DNA from: a bacterium | GTDB lineage: Bacteria > Patescibacteriota > CPR2 > UBA1875 > JAJYID01 | Reading direction: 5' to 3' | Length of the DNA stretch: 64,000 bases | NCBI GenBank assembly: GCA_030647205.1 | Contig: JAUSJO010000005.1 | Coordinates: 74,523-138,522 of the forward strand | Notes under the pieces: model-generated | Told to the model about the DNA's origin: nothing | Database searches by the model: none | What the model saw: the letters and a program-made list of their open reading frames with translations, nothing else | Position numbers and translations under genes: made by a program | Shown here: piece by piece, positions 28,533 through 38,981 of the stretch | Position numbering within the stretch: position 1 is the stretch's first letter | Layout: every line of letters starts with the position of its first letter

Positions 28533-29492
28533 TTGACAGCTCATTCAGAAAGAGGCCGGCGAGGTACTTTTTGGAATGGCAGAAAGCCGGTGGTATTAGT
28601 AAATGGAGCCGCCAGGAACGGTAAAAAGTTCGGACAAGAGTTGGTCTCATATCTAACCGCGGAAAAACTGGAACCTGCTGTGGTAGAGACAGGAAAGCCC
28701 GGAAATGCATCCATGATTGTCAGTGAATTGATGAAGGAGGCAAATGCTATATTTGTGGTTGGAGGCGATGGCACTTTGACTGAAGCGGCTGGGGGAGTTG
28801 TCACGGCCCAAAGGAAGAATGAAAAAGCAGTTCTTATTTTTGTGCCCGGTGGCACCGCTAACCTCATTTCCCGGAAAGTCATTCCCGGCGGCTTAAAAAG
28901 CATAAAGGAAATGATTCAGCGGGACGCAATTTCTCCTGACAAAATGGATGCTTTGAAAATAAGGTTGGTTGAAAGAGACGGGAGAGTCAAAGAACTGGTA
29001 GTACTAGGCCATATTGGCTTTGGCGTTACGGCGAAAGGTGCCGAAATCATTATGGAGAAAAGGCCGGGGAATCGTCTGACCGAATTAAAGGCTGTAACTG
29101 CTGCCCTGAAAAAACCGGTAGAGATAACGATGGAAGGAAGAGACTTAAAAGTAAGACACTTGCTTCTAAACAACGTTGGTGTTTCCGGCAGGTATATAAA
29201 GACGAGTAATTCTCTGATTGACGATGGCCTGATGGAAGTGGTTATAAACAATGGCAACCTCTTGTCGCTGTTTGGAGACGGCCTTCGAGCATTTATCAAG
29301 GGGATTAAGGGGGAACAGAGGAAAACTCTGTCTTTTGAAATACCGGACGGTACTATTGCTCAGATAGATGGGGAGATTCTCAGCATAGCGCCAAAGACAG
29401 AGGTTGTAGTAAGTGTTTTACCGGGGGCAATCCCGATGGTTACGGATAAATGCTTCTGTTTATCATTTTCGAAACAGCCGAATCGTTACTGA
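28533..29492 (+). CDS. diacylglycerol/lipid kinase family protein
   Basis: VGGDGT, PGGTAN, DDGLMEV, QIDGE. Confidence 0.85.
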   Translation: MTAHSERGRRGTFWNGRKPVVLVNGAARNGKKFGQELVSYLTAEKLEPAVVETGKPGNASMIVSELMKEANAIFVVGGDGTLTEAAGGVVTAQRKNEKAVLIFVPGGTANLISRKVIPGGLKSIKEMIQRDAISPDKMDALKIRLVERDGRVKELVVLGHIGFGVTAKGAEIIMEKRPGNRLTELKAVTAALKKPVEITMEGRDLKVRHLLLNNVGVSGRYIKTSNSLIDDGLMEVVINNGNLLSLFGDGLRAFIKGIKGEQRKTLSFEIPDGTIAQIDGEILSIAPKTEVVVSVLPGAIPMVTDKCFCLSFSKQPNRY

Positions 29493-29553
29493 AAGGAGAG
29501 GACGTGAGATTTGTCTCACGTGAAGTACCTCTCCTTTTTCTTTTTCAAATTTT

Positions 29554-29630
29554 GTGCTATAATAAACACTCAAATTAGCTAGGAAAAGTTGGAGGGTATC
29601 TTCAGCTTTTTAAATGCTTGAACTTTGAAA
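29554..29630 (+). promoter_or_regulatory. extended -10 promoter plus structured leader, copy 2
   Basis: TGcTATAAT then hairpin AAAAGTTGGAGG..TCTTCAGCTTTT. Confidence 0.65.
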
Positions 29631-29642
29631 AAGGAGACGGTA

Positions 29643-29831
29643 ATGTACAAACTATTTAAGTGGCTAACTTTCATATCGGTAGCCGGTTTGGCATTTTTAC
29701 TGCTATTGATAGTCTTTCTTAAGCCGACATCTGACAATGGACTTTGGGCGGCAATTGGCGGATATTTCTGTCTTGGCTGTTTCGCACTTTTTGCCGGAAT
29801 AACGCTCTATTTGCGTGAGGAAAGAGCCTGA
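29643..29831 (+). CDS. small 2-TM membrane protein
   Basis: ATG after AAGGAG; two hydrophobic helices. Confidence 0.6.
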   Translation: MYKLFKWLTFISVAGLAFLLLLIVFLKPTSDNGLWAAIGGYFCLGCFALFAGITLYLREERA

Positions 29832-30141
29832 GGAAATAAATTTCAAATCATGGAATGGGGTGAATGGAATGGAAAAGCTAGTGAGCGAGCCGCAGAACAG
29901 CCAAGAGTTTCGATATATCAAGATTCAGTTGCCGTCACGTTGCGCGGTTTGTGATGTGACTCAAGACTTCTCATGGCTAAAGCAGAAGTGTGGGGAAGTT
30001 CTATTTGGTCCGCATCTTTCTACGGTTTGTGGCAAGGTGGAGGAAAAGAACTTCGATCAAGTCATAGCTGCTATCAGAAGAGGATTCATAGTTGAGGAGA
30101 TATCCGAAAACGAGTATGCAGCTTTTTCCTGGGGCCTTTAG
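29815..30141 (+). CDS. hypothetical protein (start uncertain)
   Basis: ORF within a small-gene operon; CxxC. Confidence 0.5.
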   Translation: MRKEPEEINFKSWNGVNGMEKLVSEPQNSQEFRYIKIQLPSRCAVCDVTQDFSWLKQKCGEVLFGPHLSTVCGKVEEKNFDQVIAAIRRGFIVEEISENEYAAFSWGL

Positions 30142-30158
30142 AGCAAACATGAAAAATA

Positions 30159-30428
30159 ATGGAGGTGGATGAGTTGGCTGAAGCTGTTGCAATAATCTTA
30201 AAAGGCGGATGGAACTGGAAGAGTTCGGTTCCGTATATGGCGGTGGCCTGTTTCTTAAAGATCATCATCATCGGCTGTATCGGTGTGATTGCTTCCGATA
30301 TGTCAGGTCCGACGATTGATCGGGTAGAAAGCACCATTATCGTGGCTGCTTTGCTCGATGCCCCGATCAGTATACTTGCGGTCAAGCTGTTTGTTGATGA
30401 GTTGAGGGATATCAGGAGAGGGAGGTAG
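30159..30428 (+). CDS. small membrane protein
   Basis: Two TM segments. Confidence 0.5.
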   Translation: MEVDELAEAVAIILKGGWNWKSSVPYMAVACFLKIIIIGCIGVIASDMSGPTIDRVESTIIVAALLDAPISILAVKLFVDELRDIRRGR

Positions 30429-30433
30429 CTAAA

Positions 30434-30634
30434 ATGCAAGTGATCATATCCGTAGTGCTTATTGTCTGGGCTGTAATAGTTACGTTCATAATCCAGCCTC
30501 ATATCGGTCAACCGGTGAATCCCTCTTATGTCGTTTGGCTTTTCTTCGGTCTCATGCCCGGTAGTATCGGTGCCGGTCTTTTGGCTGCCAGCCTTAGATC
30601 TAGTATATTGCCCAATGCAAAAAAAGGTGGTTGA
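30434..30634 (+). CDS. small membrane protein
   Basis: GGAGG SD, two TM segments. Confidence 0.6.
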   Translation: MQVIISVVLIVWAVIVTFIIQPHIGQPVNPSYVVWLFFGLMPGSIGAGLLAASLRSSILPNAKKGG

Positions 30635-30990
30635 TCATGGGAATCTTCAAACCAAATGCTCCGAAAAGTTCCAAGATACTTCTGTACGGCTTTGCACTTG
30701 CGTTTATCGGGGTGTTGGCATGCACACTTTCCAGTATTATCTTTCCCAATAACTGGGACTTACTACTGATTTCAATGCTGGCACCTGGTATTCCGGGCAT
30801 GACGCTAATGCTGTATTTCTGGTTCAAATACGCGCCGGAACTTGCTTGCCCATATGACAGAGGCGAGTGCGATGGCGAGTGCGTTAGCAAAGACCAGAGC
30901 ATCATTTGCGGCCGGTATTGTAAATGCTGGGGGGAAAATGTAACAGATGGTCCCAGAACTGCTCTGGTCAGACTGAATGGAGGTGAGTGA
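30631..30990 (+). CDS. membrane protein with Cys-rich C-terminus
   Basis: Two TM helices plus six C-terminal Cys; overlapping start/stop with neighbours. Confidence 0.55.
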   Translation: MIMGIFKPNAPKSSKILLYGFALAFIGVLACTLSSIIFPNNWDLLLISMLAPGIPGMTLMLYFWFKYAPELACPYDRGECDGECVSKDQSIICGRYCKCWGENVTDGPRTALVRLNGGE

Positions 30991-31274
30991 AGATGCAGAC
31001 GGTATATGCTATTCTGGCAGCTGTAGTACTTGGCCTTTTGTTCATAGGTTACTTTCTGGTGGGTATAGGGATAGTTGCTATAAGCAAGACTAAGTATTTT
31101 CGCTGGCTTGCATCAGAGAGATATTGGAGGCGTTGTGACATGCGTGGCATCAATGAAGCCGATATCGATCTCCTTTGGCCGTTTACGCTAATTGTTTTGC
31201 CAAGCCTTGTCCTTCTAAAGGGTTCACAAATCTTGATAAGAAGGTGGGGACTGGACAACAGTTTTATTAGATAG
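30987..31274 (+). CDS. small membrane protein
   Basis: GGAGG SD, GTGA overlap, TM segments. Confidence 0.55.
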   Translation: MKMQTVYAILAAVVLGLLFIGYFLVGIGIVAISKTKYFRWLASERYWRRCDMRGINEADIDLLWPFTLIVLPSLVLLKGSQILIRRWGLDNSFIR

Positions 31275-31489
31275 TGATAAAGGCATTTTGGCGGGGACAA
31301 GAGAAAGTAATCTTGTCCCCGCAAAAGGGGACTTTTTGAAAAAAGAGTCCTTTTTTCTTTTGTTTGTTTTGCAAAAACCCTTGAAACTTCCGAAAAAATT
31401 CTGTATACTATTTAGGTTTCTAGATTTGGGCTTAAAGCAGGCTTTTTATTGTTATAGATTCCCGTTTGAGCGGGAGTAAAGGATGGGTT

Positions 31490-34315
31490 ATGCAGGATAA
31501 AATCATAGTCAGGGGTGCTCGCGAGCACAACCTAAAAAATATAGATGTTGAAATCCCTAGGGATAAATTAGTCGTGTTTACAGGACTTTCCGGTTCAGGA
31601 AAGTCCTCTTTGGCCTTTGATACCATTTATGCTGAGGGCCAGAGGCGCTACGTGGAGAGTCTTTCCTCATATGCGCGCCAGTTCCTCGGCCTCATGGAAA
31701 AACCCGATGTGGACCAGATAGAGGGCCTCTCACCGGCTATTTCTATCGATCAGAAGTCTACCACCCGCAACCCGCGCTCCACAGTCGGCACCGTTACTGA
31801 GATTTACGACTATTTGAGAATACTTTATGCACGCATCGGCGTTCCACACTGTCCTTTGTGTGGGAAAGAGATTAGAAAGCAGACCATACCTCAAATCATT
31901 GAACAGATAATGGCGATGAAAAAGGGCACCAAGTTCATGATACTGGCACCTATCATCCGTGATAAGAAAGGCGTTCATAAGTATGTCTTTGCCGAGCTGC
32001 AAAAGGCCGGCTATGCAAGGGTGCGCGTGGACGGCAAGGTCTATGAAGTTGAGGATACGCCCGTTTTAGATAAGAACAAAAAGCATACGATAGATGCGGT
32101 TATAGACCGATTTACTTTAGATAAAGAAATAGAAAAGCGCATATCCCAGTCGGTAGAAAGTGCCGTAAATCTTGGCGAGGGAGTAATAATTTTGTTCAAC
32201 TCCGAGACCAAAGAAGAGAAAATATTTTCCCAGCACTTTGCATGCCTCGACTGCGGCATCAACCTTCCTGAAATATCACCGAGAAGCTTCTCGTTTAACT
32301 CTCCATACGGCGCGTGCCCGTACTGCACGGGACTTGGCGTCAAGCTTGAAATAGACCCGAAACTTGTCGTTCCAAACGCAAATCTTAGTATTCCAGAAGG
32401 CGCTATCCGCCCTTGGTCCAGAACCGCCAGCAAGATGGGTTGGTACATCAAACTGCTCTACGGAGTTGCCGAGAAGCACGGATTTGATATAAACGCGCCC
32501 TACAAAGACCTGCCCAAAAAGGCAAAAGACATCGTGATGTACGGCACGGGTGACGAAACCTACAACGTTCACATGGGGCTTCGAGAGTACACCTCAGACT
32601 ATGAAGGCGTAGTTGCTAATCTTGGCAGACGTCACAAAGAAACCGACTCTGATTATGTCAGAAAAGAAATAGAAAGGTATATGAGTGAGAAGGAGTGTCC
32701 GAAGTGTAAAGGAACTCGCCTCAAGCCTGAAATAGCCGCAGTTACAGTTGGCGGTAAGACAATAGTCGAGATAGTCACTATGTCACTCGATAGGGCACAC
32801 GAGTTTTTTGAAACCATGAAACTTTCAGATAGAGATCAGCAAATAGCTGTTCAAGTCCGCAAAGAGTTGTCAGAGCGAATAAATTTTTTGCTCAATGTCG
32901 GACTTAACTACCTGACACTCGACCGTTCTGCGACGACCCTTTCCGGCGGAGAAGCCCAACGTATAAGATTAGCCACACAGATCGGTTCATCCCTCATGGG
33001 CGTGCTTTATATACTAGACGAGCCGTCCATCGGCCTTCACCAGCGTGACAATATACGCCTCATCGAGACATTAAAGCGCCTTCGTGACCTTGGAAACACC
33101 GTCATCGTCGTAGAGCACGACGAGGAAACCATGCTGAACTCAAACTGGATTCTCGACATTGGTCCCGGAGCAGGGGAAGCTGGCGGACGCATCATCGCCC
33201 AGGGCACACCGGAGCAGATTATGAAAGACCCGAAGTCCATCACAGGACTCTACCTTTCAGGCAAGAAAACCGTAGATTCACCAGAAAAGCGCCGAAATGG
33301 ACACGGAAACTCCATCACCATAGAGGGCGCCACCGAGCATAACTTACGTGACGTCACAGTAGACATCCCACTCGGCAAGCTCGTTCTCTGTACAGGCGTC
33401 TCTGGCTCAGGCAAGTCATCTCTCATTAACGACATCCTAGCCAAGAAGCTCTCCCAAGTATTCCACCGGGCACAGGCGCTACCGGGCAAACACAAGAGCA
33501 TCAAAGGCCTCACCAATCTCGACAAAGTCATCGACATCGACCAGTCGCCGATAGGCAGAACCCCTAGAAGCAACCCCGCCACCTACACAGGCGTATTTAC
33601 GGAAATCCGCGACCTTTTCGCATCCGTTCCCGAGGCAAAGATACGCGGGTACAAGCCGGGACGCTTCAGTTTCAACGTCAAAGGCGGCCGATGTGAGGCG
33701 TGTCGCGGTGAAGGTATCCTGAAGATTGAGATGCACTTCCTCCCCGACGTCTACATCACTTGCGAGGAGTGTAAGGGCAAGCGCTACAACGCGGAAGTTC
33801 TCGATATCAAATACAAAGGCAAAAATATCTCTGATGTTCTGGAAATGACGGTCTCAGAGGCGCTCCAATTCTTTAAAAATATTCCTAAAATCCAAATGAA
33901 GCTGGAAACGCTTGAACGAGTAGGCTTGGGTTACATACGACTTGGCCAGCCGGCAACGACACTTTCCGGCGGTGAATCTCAAAGGGTGAAATTATCGACC
34001 GAATTATCTAAGAAATCTACCGGCAAGACGCTCTACATTCTGGATGAGCCGACTACCGGCCTGCACATGGACGATGTAAATCGCCTAATGAATATCCTAA
34101 ACGCGCTTGTTGACATGGGAAATACCGTGCTTGTTATCGAGCACAATCTGGAGGTTATCAAGGGCGCGGACTGGATTATAGATCTCGGGCCTGAAGGCGG
34201 GGATAAAGGGGGAGAAGTGGTTGCCGAAGGAACCCCGGAACAAGTGGCACGAAATAAAAAATCTTATACAGGGCAATACTTGGCTGAGATCTTGAAGAAA
34301 GGAGCTATTAAATGA
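31490..34315 (+). CDS. uvrA: excinuclease ABC subunit A
   Basis: GAREHNLKN, two Walker A ([16 protein letters not shown]), LSGGE twice, Zn fingers; ATG at 31490. Confidence 0.98.
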   Translation: MQDKIIVRGAREHNLKNIDVEIPRDKLVVFTGLSGSGKSSLAFDTIYAEGQRRYVESLSSYARQFLGLMEKPDVDQIEGLSPAISIDQKSTTRNPRSTVGTVTEIYDYLRILYARIGVPHCPLCGKEIRKQTIPQIIEQIMAMKKGTKFMILAPIIRDKKGVHKYVFAELQKAGYARVRVDGKVYEVEDTPVLDKNKKHTIDAVIDRFTLDKEIEKRISQSVESAVNLGEGVIILFNSETKEEKIFSQHFACLDCGINLPEISPRSFSFNSPYGACPYCTGLGVKLEIDPKLVVPNANLSIPEGAIRPWSRTASKMGWYIKLLYGVAEKHGFDINAPYKDLPKKAKDIVMYGTGDETYNVHMGLREYTSDYEGVVANLGRRHKETDSDYVRKEIERYMSEKECPKCKGTRLKPEIAAVTVGGKTIVEIVTMSLDRAHEFFETMKLSDRDQQIAVQVRKELSERINFLLNVGLNYLTLDRSATTLSGGEAQRIRLATQIGSSLMGVLYILDEPSIGLHQRDNIRLIETLKRLRDLGNTVIVVEHDEETMLNSNWILDIGPGAGEAGGRIIAQGTPEQIMKDPKSITGLYLSGKKTVDSPEKRRNGHGNSITIEGATEHNLRDVTVDIPLGKLVLCTGVSGSGKSSLINDILAKKLSQVFHRAQALPGKHKSIKGLTNLDKVIDIDQSPIGRTPRSNPATYTGVFTEIRDLFASVPEAKIRGYKPGRFSFNVKGGRCEACRGEGILKIEMHFLPDVYITCEECKGKRYNAEVLDIKYKGKNISDVLEMTVSEALQFFKNIPKIQMKLETLERVGLGYIRLGQPATTLSGGESQRVKLSTELSKKSTGKTLYILDEPTTGLHMDDVNRLMNILNALVDMGNTVLVIEHNLEVIKGADWIIDLGPEGGDKGGEVVAEGTPEQVARNKKSYTGQYLAEILKKGAIK

Positions 34316-34545
34316 ATTGGCTCAGTGCTTTAGCTGATATATTTACAATTTTAGGATTCCCAATAGCTGTTATTTTAGTAATAAAAGAGTTTCGTAAAGA
34401 GGGGAAAATTCTAAATAACATTGAAAGCTCAATTTCTAGTGGGAATATTTCTGCTGACAAGATAAACAATAAAGGTGATATTATAAATTATACAGTCAAT
34501 AATCATATTAGCAGCGAACTAAAGGAAAAAAGCAATGAAAAATGA
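34312..34545 (+). CDS. small membrane-anchored hypothetical protein
   Basis: N-terminal TM, overlaps uvrA stop. Confidence 0.55.
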   Translation: MNWLSALADIFTILGFPIAVILVIKEFRKEGKILNNIESSISSGNISADKINNKGDIINYTVNNHISSELKEKSNEK

Positions 34546-34870
34546 AAACAAATTTGATATCAAAGAAGGGACTGTTAGTTTTTGGACAAAACCTGGGCAA
34601 ATCGATTTTTCAGGTAATCAGATTATGCCGATGATACAATTCGACTCTCCAAATGGATCAATTTTTATTGTCAAGGATGATGATAAGAAGATTAAATTTT
34701 TCCACGTTTACTTAGGTAAGGGAAGAACTGATGTAGAACATGATGTTTCGGGTTTAGACCCAAAAACTGAACATATGTTTGCTTTTACGTGGAGCATAAA
34801 AGAGAGATCTCTAAATATTTATATTGATGGCGAGCTGAAAAATACAACAAAGATTGACTATATAAAGTAA
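34535..34870 (+). CDS. LamG/concanavalin-A-like single-domain protein
   Basis: GTVSFW..HMFAFTW..IYIDGEL. Confidence 0.65.
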   Translation: MKNENKFDIKEGTVSFWTKPGQIDFSGNQIMPMIQFDSPNGSIFIVKDDDKKIKFFHVYLGKGRTDVEHDVSGLDPKTEHMFAFTWSIKERSLNIYIDGELKNTTKIDYIK

Positions 34871-34874
34871 TTGG

Positions 34875-34922
34875 GGCGGGGAAATAGTGGCAGAAGGAAC
34901 TCCGGAACAAGCGGCAAAATAA
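34875..34922 (+). pseudogene. displaced uvrA 3' fragment
   Basis: Encodes [15 protein letters not shown], versus uvr[16 protein letters not shown] at 34208-34252. Confidence 0.75.
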
Positions 34923-34984
34923 CTTCCTTTTCTATTGACAAAAACCCCAATTAGAACTAATATTTGTTTTAAGAAAGGGATTTT

Positions 34985-35767
34985 ATGAAATCCAGGATTT
35001 GTTTACTAATTTTTGCTCTCGCACTAATGGCCTTTCCATTAGGAAATGTTAATGCCGCTGTTAAAGTTAATGGCTATATTAGAGATGGAAAGTGGGTTAG
35101 CAGTTATGTTCGTTCCGAACCAAATGCATTAAAATATGACAATTATAGCTATAAATCCGGTGATGATCTTTACAACAAGAGTTATTCTTCTTCCACTAAG
35201 AGTTATTCTTCAAAATGGTATACGCCCTCATATAGCTGGGACGATGATTATTACACTGGTCTTTCTTGGTACAATACTTACGGTGGAGGAAGTAAAACTA
35301 AAACTTATAGTTCATCATATTCCCCGTCTTTAAGTAGTTATACTTTTCCCAGCACAAGTAGTTATTCACTAGATAATGATAACTATTACTCAAGTTATTG
35401 GACTTCTAGATATAAACCTTCATATTCTTCCAGCACTTATAAATCGTTATTTGATGATTCTGAAGACGATAATAATAGTTATACGCCTTCATATAATTCA
35501 ACATATAAACCCTATACTCCTAGTTACACCCCAAGCTACAAACCTTACACACCCAGTTACACAACACCGAGTTACACCACTCCAAGCTATAAACCCTATA
35601 CTCCTAGTTACAGTACGCCGAGCTACAATTCTTACGCACCAAGCTATGGGTCTTCAAGTTATGGTAGCTCTGGAAGTTCTTATGGCGGATATGGTTCTTC
35701 GAGTTATGGCAGTTCGTATGGTTCTGGAAGTTATGGTTCAAGCTATGGATCATCATATAATTATTAG
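34985..35767 (+). CDS. secreted Ser/Tyr-rich low-complexity protein
   Basis: Signal peptide, VNGYIRDG..YVRS..DNYS domain, YTPSY and SYGS repeats. Confidence 0.75.
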   Translation: MKSRICLLIFALALMAFPLGNVNAAVKVNGYIRDGKWVSSYVRSEPNALKYDNYSYKSGDDLYNKSYSSSTKSYSSKWYTPSYSWDDDYYTGLSWYNTYGGGSKTKTYSSSYSPSLSSYTFPSTSSYSLDNDNYYSSYWTSRYKPSYSSSTYKSLFDDSEDDNNSYTPSYNSTYKPYTPSYTPSYKPYTPSYTTPSYTTPSYKPYTPSYSTPSYNSYAPSYGSSSYGSSGSSYGGYGSSSYGSSYGSGSYGSSYGSSYNY

Positions 35768-35783
35768 TTAAGTAGGAGTATTT

Positions 35784-36092
35784 ATGAAAAAATCAGAAAA
35801 ATTTTTAGTTGTTGTTGGAGTACTTTTTGTTGTTGCATTTACTTTTTCAGCAGTTCTTAATTACCTAGATTACAAATTAAAGAAAGAAGGGTATATAACA
35901 ACTCTTTTTCAAACATATACCAGTAATGTAGAAGCATGTCGGGAAGCAGTTAATAAAGCTAACGAGAAGGCTTCTGATCAAGAAAAGAAAGACGCAGTTA
36001 AAAAGACATGTATTGATGAAATCAACAATAACAGCAGAGAAGCAAAGCTTTTGAAAAATTGGGGACAGAGTAGTCTTTTAAGTAAGGAATAG
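35784..36092 (+). CDS. membrane-anchored hypothetical protein
   Basis: AGGAG SD, N-terminal TM. Confidence 0.65.
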   Translation: MKKSEKFLVVVGVLFVVAFTFSAVLNYLDYKLKKEGYITTLFQTYTSNVEACREAVNKANEKASDQEKKDAVKKTCIDEINNNSREAKLLKNWGQSSLLSKE

Positions 36093-36103
36093 GAAATTTT
36101 AAT

Positions 36104-36511
36104 ATGGACTTAGTGAAGGCTAGTAAAGATGATTGTATTTTTAAATGTAGAGATTACAAAAAAGTATTAACTCATTTTACAAAAAAAAATTATTATCGTC
36201 ATGCAAAAAAAAGACCAATTTTGCTAGATAAAACCTTCCTTCCCCCAAGAGTCAAAGAGGCACTCGTTAATCCATCAATAATAATGCCGAGTCACAACGA
36301 TAAAGACGCTCATTGTTATTACCATCACGAGATAAGCGTTAATAGGAATATTAACTGGTATACAAAAGTCGTTGTTCATATTGGACATACGGACGTTGAC
36401 ACTAAAGAGAGAGTGAACTATATTAAAACTGCATGGAGAGTAAACTTAATCAAAGAATTAGCATATAATAAAAAACCAATATATTATGATGGCACCAGTC
36501 CCAAAAGTTAA
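36104..36511 (+). CDS. putative RelE/PBECR-like toxin or nuclease
   Basis: Basic 135 aa, H..KRP..EALVNP..YTKVVV..IKTAW; overlaps a DUF2283-like gene. Confidence 0.5.
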   Translation: MDLVKASKDDCIFKCRDYKKVLTHFTKKNYYRHAKKRPILLDKTFLPPRVKEALVNPSIIMPSHNDKDAHCYYHHEISVNRNINWYTKVVVHIGHTDVDTKERVNYIKTAWRVNLIKELAYNKKPIYYDGTSPKS

Positions 36512-36920
36512 ATTAGATATTGATAAAATCAAAGACCAATTAGCTAGTCTGATGAAGATAGCAAAGACAAAAAGTTGGAAATTTGCTTATGATGAAGAAT
36601 TGGATTGTCTTTATTATTCACCTGAAGAATTAAAGGGTAATTTGATAACATTTAGCTTTGACAAGGAATTTACATTTTATATTGACACAAAGTCCAATAT
36701 ACATGGTTTTTTTATTGAATACTTCTCTACGAACTTTCTTGAGCATGAGAAAAAATTCAAAGAACTACCTGGGATGATGACTAAAGAAGAGAATGGCCTT
36801 AAAGTTGTTCCCAAAAAAGACCAAGAAAAATCAGAACTAGTAGAAACGGCTTTAGTCTCAGAAGTTATGTCGGGTTTTTTTCAAAATACTAAAAATCTAA
36901 AAGATTTAGTAGTAGCTTAG
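36486..36920 (+). CDS. DUF2283-like putative antitoxin
   Basis: YDEELDCLYY...IHGFFIE pattern. Confidence 0.5.
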   Translation: MMAPVPKVKLDIDKIKDQLASLMKIAKTKSWKFAYDEELDCLYYSPEELKGNLITFSFDKEFTFYIDTKSNIHGFFIEYFSTNFLEHEKKFKELPGMMTKEENGLKVVPKKDQEKSELVETALVSEVMSGFFQNTKNLKDLVVA

Positions 36921-37033
36921 TTTGAAACCTCGCCCTAAAGTCTAGTGAAGTTTTGTATACTTGTCTTGGTTTAATAAAAGGAATAAAATACTAATGAGGG
37001 TGAGGCCCTTATTTTTTATTAGTATTCTAAATA

Positions 37034-37756
37034 ATGGATAAAGAGACAATAAAACTTTTAATAAGTCCAGAGGCTATACAAGCGATAACGGTTGGAATTT
37101 TTCTGATTATAATAATATTTACGTTAAAGAAAATAGTATCTTCAGAAGATCGCAATTTTGAAATAACCCTACAAAAAATTATTGGCGGTTTGAGCGTGTT
37201 TATCATCGCGGTTATATCTCAAAATACCTATGTCTTTTTATTGTCTCTTTTTATAGGAGGCTTAATTATTGCTAGTGAGGATTTCATGAAAGTTTTTGCA
37301 GCAATTCTTCGATCAGACCCAGAAAAAATACATGAAATTATCAATGCTGATATTGGTAGAAAAAAACCATCTGAAGTACAGCCTTCAAAGGAGGGAATTG
37401 AAGCGAGGGCTAGTGATGCCGGCAAGGTTATTGACGAGAAAGATAATGAAAAGACAAAACTGCAAATTGAGTTGGATTTCGAAAGAATTTATAATTTTAT
37501 TTTTGGTAGTCAAATATTCTTATTAAGAGAGATAAAAAGTAGGAATGGGGTAGGGTGGGATTATGTAAGTGATTATTTTGATTCTCTTAGAAGAGAATAT
37601 TCAGTCTTCAACAGTTGGAATTTGAATACTTATCTTGAATTCCTAAAAACTCATAGTTTAATTGAAATGAAAGATAATTTTATAACAGTTAGCCAGAAGG
37701 GAGAAACCTTTATAAGTTATATTGATTATATGAACTATCAAAAGTATGGTCTTTAG
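37034..37756 (+). CDS. TM protein with C-terminal winged-helix-like domain
   Basis: N-terminal TMs; FERIYNFIFGSQ..YLEFL..LIE..ITVSQKGETF. Confidence 0.65.
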   Translation: MDKETIKLLISPEAIQAITVGIFLIIIIFTLKKIVSSEDRNFEITLQKIIGGLSVFIIAVISQNTYVFLLSLFIGGLIIASEDFMKVFAAILRSDPEKIHEIINADIGRKKPSEVQPSKEGIEARASDAGKVIDEKDNEKTKLQIELDFERIYNFIFGSQIFLLREIKSRNGVGWDYVSDYFDSLRREYSVFNSWNLNTYLEFLKTHSLIEMKDNFITVSQKGETFISYIDYMNYQKYGL

Positions 37757-37853
37757 TTTAATTCTCAACCCCACCGCCTTTGGCGGGGCAGGCCCTGGAT
37801 TTTCTCGGGCAGGCAAACCCTCAAATTAAAATAATTGTGCTATAATTTTGCTT

Positions 37854-38957
37854 ATGGAAGAAGAAGAGCTAAAGAAACCTAATTTCTTTAAAAGACACTG
37901 GAAGCTTTTGATGATAGTTTTCGGGATACTTATTATTCTGGCTGTTGGTACTATTGTCGGCCTTAATAAACTAGATAGGTATTATAAAGAAAAGTCCGGA
38001 GAGGTCGCCCCAAAAGTCGAGACAGAGTGCAAAAAGCCCGAGTTCACTCATCCCATGACTGATCTATCAAAGATTGCTTCTATCGGGAAGCTGGGTGGTT
38101 TTGGCTGTGGTTCGCCGGCGAGAAGCTACCTTACGATTAAGGGAGGTGAAGTTCCTGTATATGCGCCGATGGATGCTACTCTCGAGACCATTATTTATAC
38201 ACCGAGAGGTGGACCGGAAACTCCGCCGGAATATGGACTGTATTTTAATGCCGGTTGTAATGTGACATTTCTGTTGGATCATATAGACAGAGTGACTGAT
38301 GAGCTGAAGGCACTAGCGCCACAGCAGCCGGCTGAGTCTACCAGGACTGAGCTTGGAACGCGTCCGAACAAGAAGATTAAAGCAGGGACACTAGTCGGCT
38401 ACTCTGATGGTACACCACAGGCGAAGACATTTGACTTTCTGGTGATGGATATGTCAAAAGTGGGGGAGCATATAAATCCTTCTCGTTGGGAGACTGACCA
38501 GGCTAAGTATGGGGTTTGTCCGTACGACTACTACATTGCCCCTTATAAGGAGCAGTTTATGGAGAAGATAGGGATTAGTAGTGATACTGGTTTCACACCG
38601 GAGGATAGCTGTGGAATACCTTCTCAGGATGTGGTGGGCACACTCTCGGGAGGTTGGTTTAAGGGTACGGGTACCAATATGAAAGGCGAATTTTTAGGTA
38701 TCGGCCAGAACATACTAAGGGTTGAAGTGGCCTTGCGTAAGGATGGTAACTTTGACTTTAGTCTGCAGGACTGGGATATGGGGAAGAAAAAGCCGAAAGA
38801 CGTGAAGGTAGGGGAACAAATCTGCTACAGCGACCAAGGTAGTAATCTCTGGGCATGGATAAGGTTAGTTTCCCAAGATAAAATCTCGTTTGCGAAGGGC
38901 AGCGGGAAGTGTCCGGCCGCTTTTCCGGAATCTCAGGCGGAAATTTGGGAAAGATAG
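37854..38957 (+). CDS. membrane-anchored extracellular hypothetical protein
   Basis: N-terminal TM, paired Cys, VPVYAPMDA and IKAGTLVG (M23-like hybrid motifs). Confidence 0.7.
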   Translation: MEEEELKKPNFFKRHWKLLMIVFGILIILAVGTIVGLNKLDRYYKEKSGEVAPKVETECKKPEFTHPMTDLSKIASIGKLGGFGCGSPARSYLTIKGGEVPVYAPMDATLETIIYTPRGGPETPPEYGLYFNAGCNVTFLLDHIDRVTDELKALAPQQPAESTRTELGTRPNKKIKAGTLVGYSDGTPQAKTFDFLVMDMSKVGEHINPSRWETDQAKYGVCPYDYYIAPYKEQFMEKIGISSDTGFTPEDSCGIPSQDVVGTLSGGWFKGTGTNMKGEFLGIGQNILRVEVALRKDGNFDFSLQDWDMGKKKPKDVKVGEQICYSDQGSNLWAWIRLVSQDKISFAKGSGKCPAAFPESQAEIWER

Positions 38958-38981
38958 TTTCAATGTAGAACAGTTTCTGTG

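Noticed and set aside
35490..35760. Tandem DNA repeats as a non-coding array
   Set aside because: They vary at third codon positions and are explained by the protein repeats.
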